Source of the DNA: a virus
Taxonomy: Duplodnaviria; Heunggongvirae; Uroviricota; Caudoviricetes
IMG/VR virus record: IMGVR_UViG_3300029581_000002
Reading direction: 5' to 3' (one strand)
DNA: 39,822 nt
The notes below the pieces were generated by a model, which did no database searches, was not told where the DNA came from, and saw only the letters and a program-made list of their open reading frames with translations. Numbering within the stretch: the first letter of the stretch is position 1; every line of letters begins with the position of its first letter. The translations under genes were made by a program, and so were the position numbers. Shown here one piece after another: positions 9,509 to 17,818 of the stretch.

Positions 9509-10668
9509 AATCCTAATTCAACTAAACAAGCATTAACTTCTTTATTTTCTCCAGTATGTTTACCGGCATCATCAGACAGCTTCACGCATCCATAAACAGG
9601 TTGATTAGCATTCATTTGACAGCTAATAAGCTTCATCACTATATTAGCCGGCTTAAACCCAGTATCATTAGTGAGATTAGTGCCTATTCCAAACGAACAC
9701 CTGATTCTACTTCCACAATACTCCATAATGTCCTGGCATTTGTCAAAGTCCAAAGCATTACTGAATACTATAGTCTTAGTAGTAGGGTCTACTCCAAGTT
9801 CTTTATAACGAGCAATCATACTGTTTATGAACTTAAACTCATCGCCAGAGTCACATCTTACTCCGTCAAACAATTTAGCTTGCTTGCGAGACAGGTTCTT
9901 CATGAACACTTCAGAAGTATATGTGTCAGACAATGCTATTCCCAAATCACCGTCATACACATTTACCCAATTCTCAAGAGCCATGTAATTAGCCTGTTTA
10001 TAGCCATACATAGCACCGTGGAACATGAACCACTCATGCGGATGAGTTCCCATCATAGGCATTTCATATTTCATAGCCAGATAGCAGTTAGAAGTGCCAG
10101 TACAATAGATAGAACCTTCCTTAATTGCAGATACTACCTCATCCTGTACATTATAACTGAACCGTCTTCTGGTACCAAATTCAGAGAATTTTATTCCTGC
10201 AACATTCGACAACCTTAACTTAGGTTCAAGCTTCTTAATGACTTCTGACATGTCACAGTTGTTACCTAATACACGATTACGTAGTTCAGATATAATGGCC
10301 AGAATAGGAACTTCATATAGTGTTACTTTGTACAGATAGTCAGTAACAGTAATATGAAGATGTTTCTTGTCATCAAGCCATACTTGCACTTTGCCAGAGT
10401 TAAACCTGAAAGAATATAACCATTCCCAGTAGACTTGTGGAACAAATCTACAGTTAGAAGTCATATAATCAAGTTCACTATTGGTAAGACGTAACATTCC
10501 AAGATTACTTAACTCCAAGTACACCTTCTGAACAAAGTCTTCTGGATACTCTGTCAAGTCACGGTCAAAGAACTCAAATGTTCCTCTAGCTTGAGGAAAT
10601 AGTTTCATGTAAGCATACGAAGTTGTAAATTTATACAAATCCGTATCAAGAATGGATTTTACTATCAT
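9505..10668 (-). CDS. pncB: Nicotinate phosphoribosyltransferase
   Basis: SILDTDLYKF, EFGTRRRFS, GTSN, GTHPHEW, SDTY, GVRCDSGD, FGIGTNL, KLSD..GK. Confidence 0.95.
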   Translation of the reverse strand: MIVKSILDTDLYKFTTSYAYMKLFPQARGTFEFFDRDLTEYPEDFVQKVYLELSNLGMLRLTNSELDYMTSNCRFVPQVYWEWLYSFRFNSGKVQVWLDDKKHLHITVTDYLYKVTLYEVPILAIISELRNRVLGNNCDMSEVIKKLEPKLRLSNVAGIKFSEFGTRRRFSYNVQDEVVSAIKEGSIYCTGTSNCYLAMKYEMPMMGTHPHEWFMFHGAMYGYKQANYMALENWVNVYDGDLGIALSDTYTSEVFMKNLSRKQAKLFDGVRCDSGDEFKFINSMIARYKELGVDPTTKTIVFSNALDFDKCQDIMEYCGSRIRCSFGIGTNLTNDTGFKPANIVMKLISCQMNANQPVYGCVKLSDDAGKHTGENKEVNACLVELGL

Positions 10669-10961
10669 TTCTCTTTAAATTTATCAATTAATCTCTCCAT
10701 TGCTAAGTCAATGAGCTGCAATGATTCTATCATTCTGTCTGTCCTCTCTTGCTTAGTAAGATTCCTGTATTCATTGAATTTAACAACAGCATCACCGAGA
10801 GTTGCAATTATAATTACCGTATTTACATAAGGCAACAACCCTAGAATTGTGAGTAAAGTAACCACTCTACTTGTCATATAGGGTCTAATGTCCTTCTTTA
10901 GATACATTCTAAATATCATGAATGTGAAGAACAAAACCGATACTGAATAAATTAATCCCAT
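10665..10961 (-). CDS. Small membrane protein
   Basis: Two hydrophobic segments; lies between pncA and pncB. Confidence 0.65.
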   Translation of the reverse strand: MGLIYSVSVLFFTFMIFRMYLKKDIRPYMTSRVVTLLTILGLLPYVNTVIIIATLGDAVVKFNEYRNLTKQERTDRMIESLQLIDLAMERLIDKFKEK

Positions 10962-11530
10962 TTTAAACCACAGTTTTTAATTAAATTAGCAAGTTTATCT
11001 CCACCATCTATGGATGCAATATACTTAGTGTCTACTACAATGTTATCTTTATAGCCCATAGCTATCAAGTCACATATAGTTTCATGCACACAATAATCAC
11101 CAGCTATACCAACTACTCTAATCTCATTGTCTGGGTCAGACTCAAAATCAAGTAATATGTCTGATATAACAGAAAGACTTTCTAGATTATCAAAGATACT
11201 ATACTCTTCTTTGTCAGGACTATCTCCTTTAATAAAGATGTCTGTATCTTTACGATAGGCGTAGTTGCATATTACACTCCATAGTGGGGCATATATACAA
11301 CTACCAGTAGTACCTTTAACACAATGTGGAGGCCATTGGCCTCCGTTCTCTTTAAAGGAGCAGTGGTTAGATGGGTGAAAGTCCTTAGTAACCATTACAT
11401 AGTCACAGTCAATTTCACCGTTCTGTAATGCACTAGCAAGAGCATCCATCTTCTCTTTAGCTCCTTCTACAGCTAAAGACCCACTGATAAAATCTACCTG
11501 TGGGTCTACAATTAATAAAATCTTATCCAT
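10952..11530 (-). CDS. pncA: Nicotinamidase (isochorismatase family)
   Basis: LLIVDPQVDF, KDFHPSNHCSF, WPPHCVKGT, KG...EEYS, VVGIAGDYCV (Asp-Lys-Cys triad and metal-binding His). Confidence 0.93.
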   Translation of the reverse strand: MDKILLIVDPQVDFISGSLAVEGAKEKMDALASALQNGEIDCDYVMVTKDFHPSNHCSFKENGGQWPPHCVKGTTGSCIYAPLWSVICNYAYRKDTDIFIKGDSPDKEEYSIFDNLESLSVISDILLDFESDPDNEIRVVGIAGDYCVHETICDLIAMGYKDNIVVDTKYIASIDGGDKLANLIKNCGLKWD

Positions 11531-11533
11531 ACT

Positions 11534-11773
11534 TTATTTAGAACACGCTGCTATTGCGGCAACTATTAGCAGTATTAGAAGTAACACTAATACAATACCT
11601 ATAGCGAAGACTACTGGCAGCCATAATGGAGCAAGTACCCACCACCATGACCATGTTGCAACAGCAGTTGTTCCTGTTAATTTAAGAATTACAAACACTA
11701 TGGCTATAGCAGTTAATAGGCTAGAGCCGCCAGATGTATAAACTACCTTTTCAGTTGGCATCCTTTTAAACAT
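11534..11773 (-). CDS. Small two-TM membrane protein (LKLTG...WSWWWVLAPLW family)
   Basis: Highly hydrophobic 79-aa ORF with a motif common in phage membrane proteins. Confidence 0.7.
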   Translation of the reverse strand: MFKRMPTEKVVYTSGGSSLLTAIAIVFVILKLTGTTAVATWSWWWVLAPLWLPVVFAIGIVLVLLLILLIVAAIAACSK

Positions 11774-12470
11774 TCAAATATAGAGGTTTGTAAGAAACTA
11801 CATAATCTTCATTTACTAACGATACGTTAGAGAACTTCATGCCATTAAATTCCTGTATTCCATGACATCCACTGTGAATGTGTCCGCAGAAACAATGTTT
11901 AGGTTGTTTACGCATGATTTCATCGGCTAACCATGTATTACCCGCATCTTCTCCTGCCCACGCTCCTTCATGTATCTCACCTAGCCCAAGTAGTCTAGGA
12001 GCATCGTGAGATATAAGAATATCACAATCACTAGGCATATGAGCATACTTAGCTTCCAGGCGTTCAGGCTCTCTCATGAACGCCCAATTACCAAATTGCT
12101 TACAGTAGGGAGTTCCGAAGATTTTAAACTTCTTGAATACTCCTGGCTCGATTTCATGCTCGTATTCCCAAGACTTATTATGTAAATACACCAATTTGCC
12201 GTCAGTAGGCTTATGAAACATGTTGTACATATCTGGTTCCAAACCTCCATTTCTTTCAAACCAGAAGTCATGATTACCAGCTATGAATACTACATGTTCA
12301 CATGGTAACCCATTAGCCCATGGAATAAACGTATTTTGAAGCCATAGCCTAGATTTAGGCATGTTTAGTTGTATATTTAACGGCATGATATCTCCACAGA
12401 TGAGAAATATATCACATTCTTCAACTGCGGGAAGTACTCCGTGTAAATCAGATGTAACTCCTATTCGCAT
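11766..12470 (-). CDS. Calcineurin-like metallophosphoesterase
   Basis: SDLHG, CGD, AGNHD, SHDAP, GHIH motifs. Confidence 0.9.
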   Translation of the reverse strand: MRIGVTSDLHGVLPAVEECDIFLICGDIMPLNIQLNMPKSRLWLQNTFIPWANGLPCEHVVFIAGNHDFWFERNGGLEPDMYNMFHKPTDGKLVYLHNKSWEYEHEIEPGVFKKFKIFGTPYCKQFGNWAFMREPERLEAKYAHMPSDCDILISHDAPRLLGLGEIHEGAWAGEDAGNTWLADEIMRKQPKHCFCGHIHSGCHGIQEFNGMKFSNVSLVNEDYVVSYKPLYLNV

Positions 12471-12703
12471 TTCTCGGCTGTATATTTAATCCGTATTTCA
12501 GTCATCTCACCATTAGCAATATCTGGAAGTGATTCAACAAAACCTACACCATAGGTAGCTCTTAAATCGAACTCTCCTATCCAAGTAGAGTCATCTGTCT
12601 CTTCATCAGAAGTATTCCATTCATCATCATATTTAACTGGAGCCACTGACCCTTCGTAAAGCCACTTATTGCCGTTGTTGTCTATACAATACCAATAACG
12701 CAT
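12461..12703 (-). CDS. Small acidic protein, paralog family member
   Basis: YWYCIDNNG..WLY...P.....W...LP pattern. Confidence 0.7.
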   Translation of the reverse strand: MRYWYCIDNNGNKWLYEGSVAPVKYDDEWNTSDEETDDSTWIGEFDLRATYGVGFVESLPDIANGEMTEIRIKYTAEKCE

Positions 12704-12705
12704 AG

Positions 12706-12957
12706 TTACTTAATTCCAAATTCAAACTGAAGATTCATCTCAATCCGTTCACCTTTATTTAACTCAGGGAACTTAACGGTTCCTAGAAGTTTATCGAAGT
12801 CAAAATTGAAGTCTTCTTCCGACCAAAACAGACCTTCTTTTCTTGGGTCTACCCACTCACCATCATCGTCCATAATTGGTGGTTCTTCTCCAACAAACAG
12901 AAATACTTCCTCGTTAGCAGCTCCTTCTAAGTCTCTACAACACCAAAATCGTTTCAT
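12706..12957 (-). CDS. Small acidic protein, paralog family member
   Basis: FWCCRDLEG...FLF...PP.....W...FP pattern. Confidence 0.7.
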   Translation of the reverse strand: MKRFWCCRDLEGAANEEVFLFVGEEPPIMDDDGEWVDPRKEGLFWSEEDFNFDFDKLLGTVKFPELNKGERIEMNLQFEFGIK

Positions 12958-13208
12958 TCTTTATACCAAGTTGTGTTTAACTGTTCATCAATCTCAAATT
13001 GTAGTGGGCCTTTATCAAATGTAGTAGCTGGAATAACACAGTCTTTAAATACATCATCTGTGGCAGAAGTCCACTCATAGTCGTTATTCATTCCTTGCCA
13101 ACCGCTGCCAGCTTTCTCCGGCATGTCACCATCGGTTACATGAAGGTCTCCACATCTATTGGCGACTACCCACCACTTACCCACTGGGTTAGTTATTTCC
13201 TTTCTCAT
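12954..13208 (-). CDS. Small protein, paralog family member
   Basis: WWVVANRCG.L.....P.....W...IP..TF..GP.QFEI pattern. Confidence 0.65.
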   Translation of the reverse strand: MRKEITNPVGKWWVVANRCGDLHVTDGDMPEKAGSGWQGMNNDYEWTSATDDVFKDCVIPATTFDKGPLQFEIDEQLNTTWYKE

Positions 13209-13476
13209 TTCTAGTAAATTCAGATACGTCCTCTAAATAATCTAATAACTCGTCTTCAGTTTCAGCCAGTTCTAAAATACCAGGCCACTCTAAGGTTATA
13301 CTAGGTTTGTATATACGATACCAATCCCCGTCTATCCCTATCCAAGTGGTCAGGTCAGATGTGCACATGTAAGGCTCACCTTTAGCGTCCAGCTGTCTTC
13401 TTATCCCAGGATTTGGACAAGAAGGCCCCATATCTAATTCTAGAGTATGCCCGTGAACTGTAACTACTTTAGACAT
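13189..13476 (-). CDS. Hypothetical protein
   Basis: 95-aa ORF in operon. Confidence 0.65.
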   Translation of the reverse strand: MSKVVTVHGHTLELDMGPSCPNPGIRRQLDAKGEPYMCTSDLTTWIGIDGDWYRIYKPSITLEWPGILELAETEDELLDYLEDVSEFTRNEKGNN

Positions 13477-13691
13477 ATTTCAAATTTTATAGGTTCATCT
13501 TCATACGTCATATCTTCCGGAATTGGAAAGCTAAATAGATTTGCAGGATGTAAATCATTAACAGCTCCCATACATTCTAAGCAGTCATACGTAGGGTCCA
13601 CATTCCAGCTTTCACCGTCAAAGATAGGCGGGTTGTCGTAATACCAACCCTGCCCATCTTTATCTATTGCATAGTAATAAGTCTTAATCAT
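13464..13691 (-). CDS. Small acidic protein, paralog family member
   Basis: YYYAIDKDGQGWYYDNPP.....W...IPEDMTYEDEPIKFEI. Confidence 0.7.
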   Translation of the reverse strand: MIKTYYYAIDKDGQGWYYDNPPIFDGESWNVDPTYDCLECMGAVNDLHPANLFSFPIPEDMTYEDEPIKFEICLK

Positions 13692-13896
13692 TACTAAGAG
13701 TCACAGTTCCCTCAAACTTGTACAATTTGTCGGAATCAGTGTAACTTACTAGGGTTGGAACGTCTACAGGCTTTCCTGAATGCTTAAGAAGCCAAATATA
13801 ACCATTGTGCATTAGGATGCCAATATTTCCAAGCTCGTCTATTACTAGGTCTCCTGCTTTTGGCATTTCGTCATTTCTATTCACTTCAACTTTCAT
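13684..13896 (-). CDS. Hypothetical protein
   Basis: 70-aa ORF, ATGA-coupled. Confidence 0.65.
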   Translation of the reverse strand: MKVEVNRNDEMPKAGDLVIDELGNIGILMHNGYIWLLKHSGKPVDVPTLVSYTDSDKLYKFEGTVTLSND

Positions 13897-14300
13897 TCCT
13901 TCAAGTCTCCCATTACGTTACGGTTAAGCCTGTCATCAATTCTCTCCTTACAAGCGTCAAGGTAAGCTTCTAGAGCAGCAACTTGTTTAGCATTTTGCTC
14001 ACAAGGGAACTTCTCATTCAACTTCTTTACTCTGTCAAGCAGGATAAGGGCAAGTTGTTCTGATTGCCACCCTGGAGTTACTGTACCGTCTTCGTGCTTG
14101 TGAACAAACTGAATTGTGTCAGTAGCATCCACATACTTGGTTTTGCCATTAACAAAACCAGCACACATTTGGGCACGGTAACGATGAGCTCCATTGAATC
14201 CATCATCGGGAATTACTTCAATAGTTTCCTTATTACTAGGATACACCTTTAAGTCCTTAACTGGAACATACTTCTTTCTGCTACTAATAATTTTAGCCAT
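13893..14300 (-). CDS. Tad1-like (Acb2/Tad1 fold) cyclic-nucleotide sponge, putative anti-Thoeris/CBASS protein
   Basis: GAHRY, TIQF, LLDRV, FPCEQN, LE, RIDDRLNRNVMG resemble the Tad1 pattern GAxHxY..TIKF..DRL..FxxREN..EE..RVEDRIERNVLG (recalled, not searched). Confidence 0.72.
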   Translation of the reverse strand: MAKIISSRKKYVPVKDLKVYPSNKETIEVIPDDGFNGAHRYRAQMCAGFVNGKTKYVDATDTIQFVHKHEDGTVTPGWQSEQLALILLDRVKKLNEKFPCEQNAKQVAALEAYLDACKERIDDRLNRNVMGDLKE

Positions 14301-14305
14301 AATGC

Positions 14306-14515
14306 TTATTCTTTATAAATGTCCAACAATTCACTAAATTCGTTAATAGTCTCACACAAATGCTCTATGCAATTTATGAGAGCTCCTTTCTCCAGTCCCT
14401 CTAGCCATTTAAGCCTAGTCTCTGGAGTGCAATCTTCGAGACAAGTAGGAGTAGGCTTCTCCTCTCCTTCTAACTTATCGAAGATGAATATCCCACTAAG
14501 ATTCCTGCGCGTCAT
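14306..14515 (-). CDS. Hypothetical protein
   Basis: 69-aa ORF. Confidence 0.65.
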   Translation of the reverse strand: MTRRNLSGIFIFDKLEGEEKPTPTCLEDCTPETRLKWLEGLEKGALINCIEHLCETINEFSELLDIYKE

Positions 14516-15095
14516 TCACTTGCTTATTAATTATACATTTAACTTGAGCATAAGATACAGGAGTGTAATTATTATTATCAACTCCTACATCATACTGGGT
14601 TGGAAGTAAATAAGGCAGTCTAGCTGCATCAGCTCCAGCACTATTTGGGCCTGAATGTACATGTCCAAATAGCTGCCATACGGCATCCTCTGGTTTACGA
14701 TATATTCCACCATAACACAGAAATGGATAGTGATTTAAGTATATACTACGAGTCTCTATCGAAATCTGCATTTGGGGGACCACTATCTCAAACTTACCCA
14801 TGTAACCTTGTCTTATATTCTTCCTGTCATGGTTTCCCAGTATGAGGTAAATCTTGCCTTTCAGACGAGACAAAACATTACTCCATACTGCACTACCACC
14901 TAGAGCAAAATCTCCCAAATGGAAGACTGTATCATCGTCAGAGACCACACTATTCCAGTTCTCAACTAACATATCATTCATATGGTTTACATCCTTAAAT
15001 GGACGATTGCACAGATTGATAATGTTAGCATGACCAAAATGTGTATCTGACGTAAAGAACGTATGCTCTGGGTCAAATTTAAACTTATCTGTCAT
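14496..15095 (-). CDS. Calcineurin-like metallophosphoesterase
   Basis: FTSDTHFGH, LGDF, GNHD, HYP, GHVH, DVGVD. Confidence 0.9.
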   Translation of the reverse strand: MTDKFKFDPEHTFFTSDTHFGHANIINLCNRPFKDVNHMNDMLVENWNSVVSDDDTVFHLGDFALGGSAVWSNVLSRLKGKIYLILGNHDRKNIRQGYMGKFEIVVPQMQISIETRSIYLNHYPFLCYGGIYRKPEDAVWQLFGHVHSGPNSAGADAARLPYLLPTQYDVGVDNNNYTPVSYAQVKCIINKQVNDAQES

Positions 15096-15096
15096 A

Positions 15097-15597
15097 TTAA
15101 AATCCTCTTAATTTACATTCATTGTCAATCCTAGTCCAAGGCAGACCTCTACTGAAACTAGCAGCTGCCGCAGGAGAATATCTATCATACAATACTTGAT
15201 GAATACCTAATCGTTTAATTCTCTTCCCTAATTTTGTACCCAATTTGTTCTCTTCGGCAACCATACCTAAATATATTATAGTAAAGACTATAGCAAATTT
15301 GTTTGAATATTCGCCATAGTCTTTCGACAGAGTTTCTATATGGTCTAGAACTGACCGGTCTAATGATTTGGAAGTTTTGTCGTAAACACTAATAAAATCA
15401 GCATATACTTTGTCAACTCCATATCTTTTGCCGAAACCTCGTACTACGGTAAAATATGCAACATCTTTAGGAGCATGTCTGTTACATGTTCCGGCGATGT
15501 AAATGCACCAATCATCAAATCGACCTCTATCTATCTCTACTACTGTTCCGTCGCTAAAGTTTTTAACGACCACAACAATGTTTATATTTCTTGCCAC
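15097..15597 (-). CDS. Hypothetical protein (true start may be GTG at 15573)
   Basis: 166-aa [22 protein letters not shown] segment. Confidence 0.7.
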   Translation of the reverse strand: MARNINIVVVVKNFSDGTVVEIDRGRFDDWCIYIAGTCNRHAPKDVAYFTVVRGFGKRYGVDKVYADFISVYDKTSKSLDRSVLDHIETLSKDYGEYSNKFAIVFTIIYLGMVAEENKLGTKLGKRIKRLGIHQVLYDRYSPAAAASFSRGLPWTRIDNECKLRGF

Positions 15598-15901
15598 TGC
15601 CGCATGGGCAAGGAGCGTTGCGACCTATTTTAGGATAAGGTCTAACATATGGTTCTCTTCTTAGGAAGTTAGCAAGATGTTTCCTTAGCAATGCTTCTTC
15701 CTCCTTTGACAATTCCTTGTCCATGTCTAGTGCGTCTTTAGCGTCCTGCATTCTGAATGTGATTAGATACTTTAAGAATAATATAAATCTGATAACTAAG
15801 TGCATCTTGTAGTCTAGGAGTTTTGCCTCTTCCTTATGAAGTTCTCGCTTATATCTCCTAGTATCTGTTCGATACTTGTAGATTCCCTTCTGCATCAACA
15901 T
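15563..15901 (-). CDS. SEC-C motif (zinc-binding) protein
   Basis: C-terminal [21 protein letters not shown]. Confidence 0.8.
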   Translation of the reverse strand: MLMQKGIYKYRTDTRRYKRELHKEEAKLLDYKMHLVIRFILFLKYLITFRMQDAKDALDMDKELSKEEEALLRKHLANFLRREPYVRPYPKIGRNAPCPCGSGKKYKHCCGR

Positions 15902-16772
15902 CTATATAATTATCCAATAGTAATCTATCTCGTAATTCAATTGCAAGTTCTCTTGCCTGCGGATGAGCATCATTTGCACATCTCAATTTCAAGAACTCTA
16001 TCCATTGTTCAACAGTGCCAGTCATTATTAATTCTGTCTTTAATGCTAAAGGTAGTACATTTCTAGCTTGTTGAGCAGGCTCGCCCTCTGTCAACAATCC
16101 GAAATATGTACTTTCTGCCTCACACATAGCTTGTATCCATGCAGCTTCAGTTCGAGACAATCCTTCAGATATAGTTAAATCATAAGTATGACATAGTTCT
16201 ATATTATATGAATTACCCTCGAACATATTCTTATACCAGCACGGTATTATACAATTTAATTCCTTACCAAACTTAGCCTTAGAGTAATTGCAATACCTAG
16301 TACTTTCTTGAGCGAAGCTAAATAGTCTGTGTCTACAGAACTCTCTAGCAACTCCCATATCACATATAAACCTTACAGTGACACGTTTAACGTGATATTC
16401 TGTAGGTTCACACAAGTATTGCAAGTCCTCAAGCCAACCATTTTGGAGTAACACTCTATAGTTGGTCGTGATACAATAATGCACTCCATCAGGATGTAAG
16501 GTCCATTCGGAATACTTGTTGTTGACATACTTATTTGCAACATCAAGCAGCCTTCCAGAGCAATCAATCATGAGATATACAGTACCATGCTCTAGCATAG
16601 CAGTATGTCCTCTAGCTATAATGACATTATTAATAAACTTCTTAGCACTGTCTTCTGTTATCTTGTCTTCAGACTTATAACAAGTCCTTGCACACAGTTC
16701 CATGTGTTTGAATAGACCTTCAACACCTGGTTCTTGGTTAATAAGTTCTACTTTCGGTTTGATTAGGCGCAT
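15858..16772 (-). CDS. thyX: FAD-dependent thymidylate synthase
   Basis: [26 protein letters not shown] (RHRx7S), ARNVLP, LR...AHPQ. Confidence 0.93.
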   Translation of the reverse strand: MRLIKPKVELINQEPGVEGLFKHMELCARTCYKSEDKITEDSAKKFINNVIIARGHTAMLEHGTVYLMIDCSGRLLDVANKYVNNKYSEWTLHPDGVHYCITTNYRVLLQNGWLEDLQYLCEPTEYHVKRVTVRFICDMGVAREFCRHRLFSFAQESTRYCNYSKAKFGKELNCIIPCWYKNMFEGNSYNIELCHTYDLTISEGLSRTEAAWIQAMCEAESTYFGLLTEGEPAQQARNVLPLALKTELIMTGTVEQWIEFLKLRCANDAHPQARELAIELRDRLLLDNYIDVDAEGNLQVSNRY

Positions 16773-16950
16773 TAAGCTTTAATTCTACTTCTTTAGATTT
16801 GCAATGAACATAATCTCTTAGTAGATGATAAGTTTTGGTACTTATCTCCATCTTCCAATCGTTAACAAACCTTACAAATTCATCATTGAAGTAAGCAACT
16901 GCGTCTAAATTAATTGCAAACCCGTCATCAGCTTCAACGAAATAAGCCAT
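16738..16950 (-). CDS. Hypothetical protein
   Basis: 70-aa ORF, TAATG-coupled. Confidence 0.6.
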   Translation of the reverse strand: MAYFVEADDGFAINLDAVAYFNDEFVRFVNDWKMEISTKTYHLLRDYVHCKSKEVELKLNAPNQTESRTY

Positions 16951-17360
16951 TAATAGAATTTTACTTCTTTAGAACTATATTCATCTTGTTCGGAGACAAA
17001 GTCATTATCATTGACTATCTCCTCCTCTTGACAGGCATCTTTCTCTCTATCCCATATACATACCAAATCAAGTGCACTTTCAAGATGTTTTAAACTGTAA
17101 GGTGCTCTGTGATTTTGGTCAAAGTTACTGTACACTCTCTTAAATACCTTCATTATGTCCCATTCCCGATAAAGTTCATTATCAGTATTCATGAGCATAT
17201 TAAAAGTATATGATGTACCTTGCATATAGCCACCCCGGCTCAAGAATACAATGTCTTTATTCTCAGAAGCATTAGGCGGTAAGCAATCAGTGATTACCAG
17301 ATACAGTTGTTGATTTCTCATCTGAACAACCATTGTATTCTCTAAATCATTCAGAGTCAT
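16950..17360 (-). CDS. Hypothetical protein
   Basis: 136-aa ORF with acidic tail. Confidence 0.7.
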   Translation of the reverse strand: MTLNDLENTMVVQMRNQQLYLVITDCLPPNASENKDIVFLSRGGYMQGTSYTFNMLMNTDNELYREWDIMKVFKRVYSNFDQNHRAPYSLKHLESALDLVCIWDREKDACQEEEIVNDNDFVSEQDEYSSKEVKFY

Positions 17361-17817
17361 CGTCCCAGTTCATATAAGGGTTAGACGCGAGGTTATAGTT
17401 ATAATACTTAGTATCTTCTGTAACCTCTTCTCCTACAAAATCAGGCAGAGGAGGGTTGAGAGTTGCCTGTGATAACTCACACTCGGCAATTACTAACCCT
17501 TCATTCTCTCCTAAGAACTCATCAATTTCCCATTTGTTACCCATGTGATATACTATGTAGCGTACCTTACGGATAATATTAGGACAGAACTTTAGAAGCT
17601 CCTGTGCTTCATACAATGGGATTTCTTGTTGCCATTCAAAACGACTAAGGGTTCCCTTAGCTTTAATAAATAGCCAACCATGATTGTCCCTAATAGCTAT
17701 CCTAGTTTCAGAGAGAGGATTGTCTCCAAGATAACCCTGGACTATCAATCCTGCTCTTTGAGCCTGCATCTTATAGCTATTGTTTTTCACTAAATACTTT
17801 CTTTCAACTTCAATCAT
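17347..17817 (-). CDS. CYTH (triphosphate tunnel metalloenzyme) domain protein
   Basis: MIEVERKYLV (ExExK), QGYL, RFEW, KVRY, WEIDEF, AECEL; start moved to ATG 17817 just after the polA stop. Confidence 0.88.
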   Translation of the reverse strand: MIEVERKYLVKNNSYKMQAQRAGLIVQGYLGDNPLSETRIAIRDNHGWLFIKAKGTLSRFEWQQEIPLYEAQELLKFCPNIIRKVRYIVYHMGNKWEIDEFLGENEGLVIAECELSQATLNPPLPDFVGEEVTEDTKYYNYNLASNPYMNWDDDSE

Positions 17818-17818
17818 A

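Noticed and set aside
9556..10218. 220-aa + strand ORF and the other antisense ORFs in the track (e.g. 2989-3396, 25908-26249, 32330-32695, 37783-38133, 396-788)
   Set aside because: Shadow frames opposite well-supported genes, with atypical Ser/Ile-rich composition and no motifs.
9505..10668. Nampt/NadV (NARP2) assignment
   Set aside because: Motifs (LDTDLYKF, GTHPHEW, FGIGTNL) and the presence of pncA and nadE fit nicotinate PRTase instead.
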